Source of the DNA: an uncultured Candidatus Rokubacteria bacterium
Lineage (GTDB): Bacteria > Methylomirabilota > Methylomirabilia > Rokubacteriales > DASRDR01
Length of the DNA stretch: 64,000 nt
Reading direction: 5' to 3'
Assembly: GCA_963805625.1 (NCBI GenBank)
Contig: CAWDVE010000019.1
Span: 544,001 to 608,000, forward strand
The notes beneath the pieces were generated by a model that saw nothing but the letters and a program-made list of their open reading frames with translations, did no database searches and was not told the origin of the DNA. Positions 1 through 8,027 of this stretch are shown in pieces (within the stretch, counting starts at the first letter, position 1; each line of letters begins with the position of its first letter). The translations under genes were made by a program, and so were the position numbers.

Positions 1-1395
1 GGGAAGCGTGAACGCGAAGCAGCTGCCGTGCCCCTCCTGGGACTCGACCCAGACCCGCCCTCCGTGGGCCAGGACGAAGCCTTTCACGATCGCGAGGCCT
101 AGGCCCGTTCCGCCCCGCTCCGTGTGAGCCTGCTCGTAGCGCTCGAAGACGGTCGTCTGGAGATTGGCCGGGATGCCGATCCCGGTATCGGAGACCTTCA
201 CCACGACATCGTGATCGACGACCTCGGCGTGGAGGGTGATCAGCCCGGCGGCCTTGCTAAACTTCACCGCGTTCGCCAGGAGGTTCACCAGGACCTGGTG
301 AATCCGTTTCGCGTCCAGGACGAGCTTCGGGATCGAGTCCGACACCGTGACCTCCAGATGCAGGCTGCGGTCCTCGGCCCACGGCCGGATCTCGTCCACC
401 GCGTCCTGGATCAGGGAGGCCACGTCGGTGGGATCGAGGTCGAGCTGGAGCTTGCCGGTCTTGAGCTTGCCCAGATCGAGGAGCTGGTTCACCAGGCTCA
501 GGAGACGGGCCGTGTTCATCCGGATGTTCTCGACGAGCGACGCCTGACGGTCGCCCAGCACGCCCGGCGCTCCCTTCCCGAGCCGCTCGGCCGACCAGTC
601 GATGACCGTGAGCGGTGTCCGCAGGTCATGGGTGATCGCCGAGAAGAGGTGCTGCTTGAGGGTGTCGAGCTCCCGGAGCCGCGCTGCCATGCGGTTGAAG
701 CCGCTCGTCAGCTCGGCGATCTCGTCACTCCCGCGGACGGGGATGGGCTCGGAGACCTTCCGTCGCTCGACGTCCCACGCTGCGGCTCGGAGCTCCCGCA
801 GGGGGCGGGCGATCCTCAGGCTCGCGAACAGAGCGATTGCGAGGGACACCGCCAGGCTGGTGACGATCGCGAGGAGCGCCACGAGCCGGCTCTGCTCCTC
901 GAGGCGTCCCACCACGGCTCCGCGCTGGCGCAGCTCAGTGCTGGATTGCCCGTAGAGTCGCTGGACCAGCGTCTCGAGCTGCACCGCAGCCTGCTCGACA
1001 CCCGCTTTCTCGGCCGGTGGACGCTCGCCAACCATCCGGTAGCGGCGAAGCTGCTCGGCTGCGCCCGCAAGCGTCTGGCGCTCCTCCGGTGTCGAGACCA
1101 GGTCGCCCAGGGTGGACAGGTCGCCCTCGATTGCGCGAGCGCGCTCGGCGAAGAGCCGCACGTAGGCGGCGTCGCGGAGGACCACGTGGCGCGCCTCCAG
1201 GCGGCGAAGCGCGGCGACTCCCTCCAGAAGGCCGACCTCCAGTCGAACCGCGGGCAGCGCGCGCTCGATGATGGCGCGGTTCTCGGCCGTCAGCCGTCTC
1301 GTCGTGAGGAGGCTCCACCCGGCGAGGGACAGTACCACCCCCGTGAGCAGGGCGAAGGCCAGGAAGAGCTTGTGGCTCAATCTGAGTGCTGGCAC
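1..1395 (-). CDS. Membrane sensor histidine kinase (TM-HAMP-HisKA-HATPase), runs off the window start
   Basis: Read by hand (not in ORF track): GTG at 1395 after GGAGG; N-terminal TM (HKLFLAFALLTGVVLSLAGW), H-box FSAITHDLRTPL, G2 box GGTGLGLAIVKGFVLAHGGRVWVES. Confidence 0.9.
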   Translation of the reverse strand, partial: MPALRLSHKLFLAFALLTGVVLSLAGWSLLTTRRLTAENRAIIERALPAVRLEVGLLEGVAALRRLEARHVVLRDAAYVRLFAERARAIEGDLSTLGDLVSTPEERQTLAGAAEQLRRYRMVGERPPAEKAGVEQAAVQLETLVQRLYGQSSTELRQRGAVVGRLEEQSRLVALLAIVTSLAVSLAIALFASLRIARPLRELRAAAWDVERRKVSEPIPVRGSDEIAELTSGFNRMAARLRELDTLKQHLFSAITHDLRTPLTVIDWSAERLGKGAPGVLGDRQASLVENIRMNTARLLSLVNQLLDLGKLKTGKLQLDLDPTDVASLIQDAVDEIRPWAEDRSLHLEVTVSDSIPKLVLDAKRIHQVLVNLLANAVKFSKAAGLITLHAEVVDHDVVVKVSDTGIGIPANLQTTVFERYEQAHTERGGTGLGLAIVKGFVLAHGGRVWVESQEGHGSCFAFTLP

Positions 1396-1421
1396 CGGAC
1401 GGAGCCCTCCTGCACTCCACT

Positions 1422-1437
1422 TACAAGCCGGATGCCA
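1422..1437 (-). promoter_or_regulatory. Candidate sigma54 promoter of the kinase gene
   Basis: Minus strand TGGCAT-CCGGC-TTGTA, close to TGGCAC-N5-TTGCA but with GT instead of GC at -12. Confidence 0.35.
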
Positions 1438-1715
1438 GATGGCACCGGTATCTTGTGGGCCAGGAAGTCTTGGTCTCTCGCGGGGTTCGGCGCCAGGGAC
1501 ACTCGACGCTGGTACCTGCGCCGGCCGCCGGGGGGGTCTCTCCTGACGAAATACGGGAAGCGGCTGGCCCGAATGCGACCGGTATCATTGTCGGGGGGCT
1601 CGGTAGGAGTCGCCACAGGAGAAACCGGGGCGTCCCAGGGCCCAGGCTCTCGGGGCCATGGGTCCGGATGCTAGACTTCGTGGAGGGCCCGCGCCGTCGC
1701 GCGGTCCGGTACGCC

Positions 1716-2948
1716 ATGAGGAGCCGCGAGACCCAGACCGCACGGTCGTTCCGCGCGTCAGGAGGCCTCCCTGGGGCCCTCCGAGCCGATCCACGCACAG
1801 GGACGTTCTGGATCCGGCAGGCGGTCCTTCTCCTCGGGCTGGCTCTAGCCCTTTTGACGATCCCCGTCAGCTCCCTGGCTCAGGGAGGCGCGATCCTCCG
1901 GATCCTCGACCGTGCGTCCCTCCTCGATGACGGCGATCCGGACTCGCTCCGCACGGCGGTGGCGCAGAGCCTCGCCTGGCTCGACCGGCAGCCGGGCGGA
2001 CGCTGGCTCGCGTTCGGCCCGCGCCGCGTGACGGCCGGAGAGTACGCAGCGGGGCTGCGCCGGCTGCTCATGCTGCTCGCCGGGAATCCACCTCCGGAGA
2101 TGCTCGAGGAGCGTGTCCTCGCCGAGTTCGACGTGCTGTCGGCCATCGGGCGGGCCGACGGCGCGGTCCTCCTGACCGGATACCACGAGCCCGTGGTCGA
2201 CGCCTCGGACCGGCCGAGCCCCCAGTACCCCGTCCCGGTTCTCGGGCTGCCGGCGGGCTTCACCGGCGGCTGGCGATATCCCCGCTTCCTGAGCCGGGCG
2301 GAGATCGAAGCCGGCCGGCTCGGAGCGGCGGCCCGGCCTCTTGCGTGGGCCCGCGACCCGGTCGACGTCTTCTTCATGGAAGTGGAGGGGAGCGGCACCC
2401 TCCGCTTCCCGGACGGGCGCCAGATGCGCATCGGCCCCGCGGCCACCAACGGTCACCCGTACCGGTCGATCGGGCGCCTCCTCATCGACGAGGGGCGACT
2501 TACCGAGGAGACCGTTTCCATGGACGCGATCCGCTCGTGGCTCGTGGAGAATCCGTCGGAGCGCGCCCGCGTCCTCCGGTACAACCAGTCCGTCGTCTTC
2601 TTCAGGCGGCTCGAGGGGCCTCCTCTCGGGAGCCTCGGCGTGCCGCTCACCCCGGCCCGCTCCATCGCCACGGACGCGCGGCTGTTCCCGGCCGGTGGGC
2701 TTGCATTCGTCCGGACAGAGCGCCCGTTGCGGCTTTCCGACGGACGGGTAGGCTGGAGCCCGGTCAGTCGATTCGTCCTCAACCAGGACACGGGCGGAGC
2801 CATCCGCGGCCCGGGGCGCGTCGATCTGTTCTGGGGGCGCGGCGACGATGCCGAGCTGGCGGCCAGCCAGATGAAGCAGCTCGGCGAGCTGTACTTCCTC
2901 GTGCCCAAGCCCTCTCGCCGGGTCGTCGCGGCTCCCGCCCAGCCCTGA
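1716..2948 (+). CDS. mltA: Lytic murein transglycosylase MltA family (copy 1)
   Basis: TGYHEP, FFMEVEGSG, NGHPYRSIG and 3D-domain QDTGGAIRGPGRVDLFWG; hydrophobic signal segment; start uncertain. Confidence 0.88.
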   Translation: MRSRETQTARSFRASGGLPGALRADPRTGTFWIRQAVLLLGLALALLTIPVSSLAQGGAILRILDRASLLDDGDPDSLRTAVAQSLAWLDRQPGGRWLAFGPRRVTAGEYAAGLRRLLMLLAGNPPPEMLEERVLAEFDVLSAIGRADGAVLLTGYHEPVVDASDRPSPQYPVPVLGLPAGFTGGWRYPRFLSRAEIEAGRLGAAARPLAWARDPVDVFFMEVEGSGTLRFPDGRQMRIGPAATNGHPYRSIGRLLIDEGRLTEETVSMDAIRSWLVENPSERARVLRYNQSVVFFRRLEGPPLGSLGVPLTPARSIATDARLFPAGGLAFVRTERPLRLSDGRVGWSPVSRFVLNQDTGGAIRGPGRVDLFWGRGDDAELAASQMKQLGELYFLVPKPSRRVVAAPAQP

Positions 2949-3041
2949 GGAGTCGGCGACCGGCCCGCGGTACAATCGCGACGCGAGGCGCCGCGGGGAG
3001 CTGGCCCGTGACTGACGGCCCGCCCGAGGAGACTGCGTCCC

Positions 3042-3554
3042 ATGACGACACGAAGTAACCTCGACGAGGCGGAGCAGGCAGCCGTCGCGACGGCGGAGCG
3101 GCTCGGCGTGCCGCTCGAGCTGATCCCGTGCGATCCGGCATACGCGGATACCGCGGCCTTCTGTGCGCACTACGGGTACCCGGTCGAGCGGGCTGCGAAC
3201 ACGCTCGTCGTCGCCTCGAAGAAGGAGCCCAAGCAGTACGCGGCGTGCGTGGTCCTCGCCACGACCCGGCTCGACGTCAACCACGCGGTTCGCGACCTGC
3301 TAGGAGCGGCGAAGTGCTCGTTCGCCTCGTCGGAGGAGATGAGCGCGCTGACGGGCATGAAGGTCGGCGGCGTGACTGCCTTCGGGCTCCCCGAGGGCCT
3401 GCCGCTCTACGTCGACGCGCGAGTGCTGGATCTCGACTGGGTCATCCTCGGCACCGGAGGCCGGAACGGCAAGATCCGCATCACCCCCGAGGTGTTTCAC
3501 CGGATCCCCGGCGTCAAGATCGTGGAGGGGCTCGCGGTGGCCCAGCGGAGCTGA
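3042..3554 (+). CDS. YbaK/ProX-family aminoacyl-tRNA editing protein
   Basis: ANTLVV, LTGMKVGGVTAFGLP, LYVD and GTGGRNGKI pattern of YbaK/EbsC; RBS GAGGAG. Confidence 0.85.
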   Translation: MTTRSNLDEAEQAAVATAERLGVPLELIPCDPAYADTAAFCAHYGYPVERAANTLVVASKKEPKQYAACVVLATTRLDVNHAVRDLLGAAKCSFASSEEMSALTGMKVGGVTAFGLPEGLPLYVDARVLDLDWVILGTGGRNGKIRITPEVFHRIPGVKIVEGLAVAQRS

Positions 3555-3558
3555 GGGC

Positions 3559-3843
3559 GTGGCGGGCGCAGCGGGCATCGTGATCGTCGTGGGCCGCGAT
3601 CAGAGGGAGCTCTACGAGTACTTCCGGTGGGGCTTCGGCCAGACGGCCGGCGTGGAGGTCGTCCTCGACCGCCGGCTCGGAGAGCGCCGCGGCCGTCGGA
3701 ACGGTCACGGGCCGCCGGACGACCGCCGAAAGTCCGATCGGCGGCGGGCCGCCGCCACGCGAGCCGAGCTCCTCGCGCGCGGCTTCCTGATCGCCCGGCG
3801 CGATCCCCGCGCCGGGGCACGGGACTGGGGGACGCTCCGATGA
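3559..3843 (+). CDS. Small hypothetical protein with DRR/ERR basic motifs
   Basis: Fills the gap between ybaK and the amidase; IVIVVGRDQRELYEYF...VEVVLDRRLGERR; host-like codon use. Confidence 0.65.
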   Translation: MAGAAGIVIVVGRDQRELYEYFRWGFGQTAGVEVVLDRRLGERRGRRNGHGPPDDRRKSDRRRAAATRAELLARGFLIARRDPRAGARDWGTLR

Positions 3844-3941
3844 GCCCACAGGCCACCACAGACCGAAGGCCGTGCAATCGCCGTTCGATCGACTCCCGCA
3901 GAGCCCCACAGGCGGAAGGCCGTCCAAGGATAGCCCGATGA
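3840..3941 (+). repeat. 102-bp junction repeat, copy A (open 33-codon frame, ATGA overlaps at both ends)
   Basis: 84/102 identical without gaps (hand count) to the reverse complement of 31186-31287; contains two variants of an ACAGGCCGAAGGCCGT hairpin. Confidence 0.9.
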
Positions 3942-5335
3942 GCGACGTCGAGCTCGGGTTCCTCGGAATCGCGGAGCTCGGCCCCCGGCTGGCTGCCCGG
4001 TCGCTCTCGCCCGTCGAGCTCTGCCAGGCGCTGCTCCGGCGCTGTCAGCACCTCGAGCCCACGCTGAACGCGTTCATCACGCTGGACGCCGAGCGCATCC
4101 TGGCCGAGGCGCGCGTCGCCGAGCGAGAGCTCTCGGCCGGTCGCCCCCGGGGTCCGCTCCATGGCGTACCGGTGGCCGTCAAGGATCTCTGCTGGACGCG
4201 AGGCGAGCGCACGACCGGGGGCTCCAAGGTCTTCTCGGGTTTCGTGCCCGAGGAGGACGCGAGCGTCGTGGCCCGGCTCAGGGAAGCCGGCGCGATCGTC
4301 TTCGGAAAGACCAACACGCCCGAGTTCGCGTACGGTCCGCTGAACGCGTATCACTACGGACCGTCCCGGAACCCCTGGGATCCGGCGCGGTTCACCGGCG
4401 GCTCCAGCATGGGCGCGGCGGCAGCCCTGGCCGGTGGCCTGGCTCCGGGTGCGCTCGGGAGCGACACGGGCGGGTCCATCCGCGGTCCCGCACACTGGTC
4501 GGGGGTCACGGGGCTCATGCCGACGTACGGGCGTGTCCCGCTCCGCGGAGTCGTCGCGCTGGCGACGACTCTCGATCACGTGGGTCCGATGACCCGCTCG
4601 GCGCTCGACGCGGCCCTCCTCCTGCAGGTTCTCGCCGGCCACGACCCGCTCGACTCGACATCGGTGGACGTACCCGTTCCGGACTACGCTCGCGAGACCA
4701 CGCGGTCGGTGCGCCGCCTCCGGGTGGGAGTTCCCCGCGGGTACCTCTGGGATCTCGTCGCGCCCGCGATCGGAACCGCGGTCGAGGTGGCGCTCGACGA
4801 GCTCCGGCGGCTCGGACTCTCGACCGAGGACGTGGAGATTCCGGAATGGGAGGCGGCGGCCGACGCGAGCCTCGTCCTCATCCGCTCGGAGGCCGCGACC
4901 GAGTACCGGCGGGTCCTGATGGAGCGTCCCCAGGATTTGATTCCCGAGGTGCGGGAGCGCCTCGAGGCCGGCGTGCGGACGTCGGCGGTCGAGTACATCG
5001 AAGCGCGCCGCGCGGCGGACCGCTGCGCTCACGCCCTCCGCCGGCTCTTCGCCCGGGTCGATCTCCTGGCTCTCCCCGGGCGTGCCCAGACGGCACCCAA
5101 GATGGACCCGAGCGGGCGCCTGCTGGAGCCCCTGTCGCCGCGAAACTACACCGCGCCGCTGAACTATCCGGGCGTGCCGGCTCTAACCGTCCCGTGCGGC
5201 TTCGACGCGGAGGGCCTCCCCATCGGAATCCAGCTGGTCGGAAGCCACTGGGCTGAGAGCACCCTCTTGAACGTGGCGCACGCCTATCAGCAGGCGACCG
5301 ACTGGCACCGGCGCCGGCCGCCGCTCTGCGTGTGA
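3938..5335 (+). CDS. Amidase signature family (GatA-like) amidase
   Basis: GPLHGVPVAVKD, GKTNTPEF, GGSSMG and GSDTGGSIRGPA carry the Lys-Ser-Ser triad; no gatB or gatC nearby. Confidence 0.92.
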   Translation: MSDVELGFLGIAELGPRLAARSLSPVELCQALLRRCQHLEPTLNAFITLDAERILAEARVAERELSAGRPRGPLHGVPVAVKDLCWTRGERTTGGSKVFSGFVPEEDASVVARLREAGAIVFGKTNTPEFAYGPLNAYHYGPSRNPWDPARFTGGSSMGAAAALAGGLAPGALGSDTGGSIRGPAHWSGVTGLMPTYGRVPLRGVVALATTLDHVGPMTRSALDAALLLQVLAGHDPLDSTSVDVPVPDYARETTRSVRRLRVGVPRGYLWDLVAPAIGTAVEVALDELRRLGLSTEDVEIPEWEAAADASLVLIRSEAATEYRRVLMERPQDLIPEVRERLEAGVRTSAVEYIEARRAADRCAHALRRLFARVDLLALPGRAQTAPKMDPSGRLLEPLSPRNYTAPLNYPGVPALTVPCGFDAEGLPIGIQLVGSHWAESTLLNVAHAYQQATDWHRRRPPLCV

Positions 5336-5775
5336 CGAGAGCCGCGGTGGCGGACGCCGCGCCGACGTGCAGCGCGTGCGGCGGGCGCTGGCCGGATCCG
5401 TCGGACCGGATCGCGGAGCTTCGGGAGAGCATTCTCTACCTCCACACGGACCAGTTCTTCCCCGGCTGGTCGGTCCTCGTGCTTCGCCGGCACGCAACCG
5501 AGCTCTTCGATCTCGAGCGAGAGGAGCGGGCGCGGGTCATGGACGAGGTGAGCGACGTCGCCGAGACGCTCAAGTCGGCGTTCGACGCTCGCAAGGTCAA
5601 CTACGCGCTGTTCGGTAACATGGTTCCGCACATGCACTGGCACCTGATCCCGCGCCTCGCCACCGATCCGGCCGCGCACGAGCCCGTGTTCGCCGTCTTG
5701 CACGACCCGGTCCGGCTCCCGAGGATGGAGCGCGCGGACCGGATCGCCCGGATCCGCAGCCGGCTCGGCCGGTGA
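5332..5775 (+). CDS. HIT family nucleotide hydrolase
   Basis: Histidine triad VPHMHWHLIPR; N-terminal CxxC. Confidence 0.92.
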   Translation: MTRAAVADAAPTCSACGGRWPDPSDRIAELRESILYLHTDQFFPGWSVLVLRRHATELFDLEREERARVMDEVSDVAETLKSAFDARKVNYALFGNMVPHMHWHLIPRLATDPAAHEPVFAVLHDPVRLPRMERADRIARIRSRLGR

Positions 5776-7034
5776 GCGCTCGGTCCCTCTTCGTGCGCTT
5801 CCCGCTGGCGGGGGCGGTCGCGCTGGCCGTGAGCGTGGCGCTCGGCGCCGGCTGTGCCGCGTGGCGGGCGCCTGCCGTCATCGAGCCTGCCACGGCCTTG
5901 CGGCCGGTCAGGAACGCGCCCGCCCTCCGGGACGACGCCGATCCCGCCTCGCTCCGCGCGGCGGTCGTGGAGAGCCTCGCGTGGCTCGCGGCCCAGCCCG
6001 GAGACCACGTCTTCGTGGCAGGACCCCGCCGCGTCACGGTGGCGGAGCAGACGCGGGCGCTCCAGGGCCTGCTCGGCGTCCTGGTGGAGGCGTCGGGACC
6101 CGAGCGTCTGGCCGCGTACGTCCGCGAGACGTTCGAGCTGCTCGAGGCCGTGGGCGGACCGGAGGGACGGATGCTCGTGACCGGCTACTACGAGCCGGTG
6201 GTCGAGGCGTCCGAGCGTCCGAGCGCGGAGTACGGAGTGCCGGTTCTCGGACTCCCTGACGATCTGGTCGAGGTCCGCCTCGAGGCGTTCGATCCCCGCT
6301 ATCGCGGAGAGCGGCTATTCGGCCGAGTCGAGGGCCGGCGGCTGGTTCCGTACTGGCGGCGGGCCGACATCGCCGCGGGCCGCCTCGCCGGCCGCGGCCT
6401 GGAGCTCGCATGGGCGCGTGACCCGGTCGACGTGTTCTTCATGGAGATCCAGGGGAGCGGGACGCTTCGCTTTCCCGATGGTCGCGAGCGTCGCGTGGGC
6501 TACGCCGGCGCCAACGGCCGGGCGTACCGCGCCATCGGGCGCCTCCTGATCGACGAGGGACACGTCCCCCGCGACGCCATGTCGATGCAAGCGATTCGCG
6601 AATGGCTCCGTGTTCACCCGGGCGAGCGGCAGCGCGTGCTCCAGCACAACGAGTCCTACATCTTCTTCCGGCCGCTGTCGGGGCCGCCGGAGGGGAGCCT
6701 GGGCCGCCCTCTCACCCCCGGGCGCTCCGTCGCGACCGACGCGCGACTCTTTCCGCCCGGCACCCTGGCCTTCCTCGACACCGAGCAGCCGGAGCGGGCC
6801 CCGGACGGCACGGTCCGCTGGGTACCCCTCGCGCGCTTCGTCCTCAACCAGGACACGGGCGGCGCGCTCCGGGGCGCCGGGCGGGTCGACTTCTTCTGGG
6901 GACGCGGCGAGGCGGCGGCTTTCGCCGCGGGCCTGATGCGGCAGCCCGGCCGGCTCTACTTCCTCGTGCCCAGGGCGGCGGCCGTCGCCACGTCGGGACT
7001 GGTCCGTGAGAACGCAGGGAGCCAGGCGCCCTAG
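5772..7034 (+). CDS. mltA: Lytic murein transglycosylase MltA family lipoprotein (copy 2)
   Basis: Lipobox LGAGC; TGYYEP, FFMEIQGSG, QDTGGALRGAGRVDFFWG. Confidence 0.92.
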   Translation: MSARSLFVRFPLAGAVALAVSVALGAGCAAWRAPAVIEPATALRPVRNAPALRDDADPASLRAAVVESLAWLAAQPGDHVFVAGPRRVTVAEQTRALQGLLGVLVEASGPERLAAYVRETFELLEAVGGPEGRMLVTGYYEPVVEASERPSAEYGVPVLGLPDDLVEVRLEAFDPRYRGERLFGRVEGRRLVPYWRRADIAAGRLAGRGLELAWARDPVDVFFMEIQGSGTLRFPDGRERRVGYAGANGRAYRAIGRLLIDEGHVPRDAMSMQAIREWLRVHPGERQRVLQHNESYIFFRPLSGPPEGSLGRPLTPGRSVATDARLFPPGTLAFLDTEQPERAPDGTVRWVPLARFVLNQDTGGALRGAGRVDFFWGRGEAAAFAAGLMRQPGRLYFLVPRAAAVATSGLVRENAGSQAP

Positions 7035-7496
7035 GGGGCCGCCGGACCGTCGATGCCGATGACGCCGACGGCGAAGTGGAGCGTTATGCCGGCAAGGGGA
7101 TGGTTGAGATCGAGGCGCACACTGTACCCTCTCGGACCTCCTTGACCCGCACGACTCGAGTCGAGCCGTCGGGGCCCCGTAGGCCTCCTCCGGCGCGACC
7201 GTCACTCGCTTTTCCTCCCCGACACCCATTCCGACTGCGGCGCGCTCGAGCCCCACGGTGACCTGATGCTCGCCCTGCGTGAAGACGAGCGGGTCGGCCT
7301 CGGTGCTCGCGTCGCGGACCGCGCCCGCGTCGTCGCGCATCGTGTACTCCAGGCGCACGGAGCCTTCCGCCACGACACGTCCGCCGGGAGTGACGATTCC
7401 TGACGCCGGCTGGGAGGAATTGGGCAGAATACGGAGCCTCACCAGTCCTGTGGCCAGTCCACAAACCGCCAGCGCGATCAACGCTTTCCGGAACAT
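7031..7496 (-). pseudogene. SlyD/FKBP-type peptidyl-prolyl isomerase pseudogene
   Basis: FKBP blocks lie in three frames: VRLEYT...GLERAAVGMGVGEEKRVTVAPEEAYG, then GPDGSTRVVRVKEVREGTV, then LDLNHPLAGITLHF...stop at 7031. Confidence 0.8.
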
Positions 7497-7537
7497 GCGT
7501 CCCCACGTCGTCCGCGTTCCGGGCCGATGGATTTCTC

Positions 7538-7553
7538 GGGCACATGCTTTGCA
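7538..7553 (+). promoter_or_regulatory. Candidate sigma54 promoter of the receiver-pilB-like-pilT-pilU operon
   Basis: GGGCAC-ATGCT-TTGCA fits GG-N10-GC, about 55 nt before the first start codon. Confidence 0.5.
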
Positions 7554-7607
7554 CCCTAGATCAGGCCGGCTGTGGTGCGCAAACGCAAGAGTCACGGAGG
7601 ACAGGTC

Positions 7608-8027
7608 GTGTCTGATAGCGAGCTGGGTGCCGCGAGCGATCATCCCGACTCTCGCCCCTTGGCGATCGTCGCCGACGACGAGGCCGAGGTGCGCCGGCTG
7701 ATCAGCGAGGTCCTCGCGGAGGTGGGCTTCGAGACCCTTCCCGCCCGGGACGGGTTCGAGCTCCTCGACCTTGCCGCGCGACACCGGCCGCAACTCATCG
7801 TCGCGGACGTGATGATGCCCAGCATGGACGGCTACACGGCGGTCGCCCGCCTGCGGGGGCAGCCCGCGACGGCCGGTACCCCCATCATCATGATCACGGG
7901 CTGCACCGACCCCGCATACGGGCAGCTCAGCGAGGGTGTGGGAGCTTCGGCTCACGTGACCAAGCCGTTCTCTCCCTTCCTCCTCGGTGAGCTGGCTCAG
8001 GAGATGGTCCGGAGGTCGCGCGTGTGA
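7608..8027 (+). CDS. Single-domain response regulator (CheY/PilH-like receiver)
   Basis: IVADDE, LIVADVMMP, IMITG, HVTKPF; GTG at 7608 after GGAGG. Confidence 0.9.
   Translation: MSDSELGAASDHPDSRPLAIVADDEAEVRRLISEVLAEVGFETLPARDGFELLDLAARHRPQLIVADVMMPSMDGYTAVARLRGQPATAGTPIIMITGCTDPAYGQLSEGVGASAHVTKPFSPFLLGELAQEMVRRSRV

Noticed and set aside
124-1674. 516-aa plus-strand ORF, and similar long shadow ORFs (for example 31938-34406, 24377-26050, 60884-62863)
   Set aside because: Antisense or alternate-frame shadows of clear genes, typical of very high GC DNA; no recognisable motifs
3841-3930. Repeated CCACAGGC.GAAGGCCGT units as a mini CRISPR array
   Set aside because: Only 2-3 degenerate units, the intervening sequence is conserved between loci rather than unique, and there are no cas genes
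3938-5335. gatA
   Set aside because: No gatB or gatC adjacent; only the general amidase signature is supported
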